A stretch of DNA of 27,787 nt from a bacterium (GTDB lineage Bacteria; DUMJ01): positions 1-27,787 of the forward strand of contig JBMFMV010000019.1 in NCBI GenBank assembly GCA_049970495.1, read 5' to 3'. Numbering within the stretch: position 1 is the stretch's first letter; each line of letters begins with the position of its first letter. The translations under genes and the position numbers were made by a program. This document shows, piece by piece, positions 27,681 to 27,787 of this stretch. Under the pieces are notes generated by a model, which made no database searches, was not told the origin of the DNA, and was given only the letters and a program-made list of their open reading frames with translations.

Positions 27681-27787
27681 TTAGCTGAAAGCAACTTTTA
27701 ATGCACTATCCAAATCTGCTATTAGATCATCTGCATCTTCTAATCCTACTGATATCCTTATTAGCTGAGAAGAATAGTCTTTTACGT
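27681..27787 (-). CDS. 3' end of Cys/Met metabolism PLP-dependent enzyme (cystathionine gamma-synthase/lyase, methionine gamma-lyase family), partial
   Basis: Minus strand reads VKDYSSQLIRISVGLEDADDLIADLDSALKVAFS*; LIR.SVGLED..DLI.DL..AL is the family C-terminal signature. Confidence 0.88.
   Translation of the reverse strand, partial: VKDYSSQLIRISVGLEDADDLIADLDSALKVAFS

Noticed and set aside
1..27787. CRISPR array, tRNA/rRNA, SRP RNA, IS element or prophage
   Set aside because: No repeat-spacer periodicity, cloverleaf, transposase or integrase seen; intergenic space is minimal.

Overview
AT-rich bacterial chromosomal window with no rRNA/tRNA, CRISPR array or mobile element recognised. 1-14580 (+) is a tightly coupled housekeeping super-operon: rsmD tail, coaD, nitrilase-fold subunit + nadE, pta-ackA, yceD-rpmF-plsX-fabH-fabD-fabG-acpP-fabF, rnc, spoVS, ftsY, ffh, rpsP, khpA, trmD. 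14746-18403 (-) is tsaE-tsaB-rimI-tsaD with a coupled compact YaaC-like gene, followed by an orphan lipoprotein. An HI0933-family flavoprotein is divergent from tsaE. 19801-27343 is an accessory catabolic locus of two converging units: (+) Gfo/Idh/MocA, TIM-barrel, sulfatase-fold, Gfo/Idh/MocA and (-) family-5 solute-binding protein, sulfatase-fold. This locus is the best candidate for an undescribed system, because all five enzymes depart from their family catalytic consensus (Thr instead of Cys/Ser-x-P-x-R in both 'sulfatases', Ala instead of the catalytic Asp in both oxidoreductases, Lys instead of a metal-binding Glu in the TIM barrel). Also notable: the glutaminase-like partner of NadE lacks its catalytic Cys, and the tsaE operon looks leaderless. 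All family calls are by-eye motif recognition; no searches were run.
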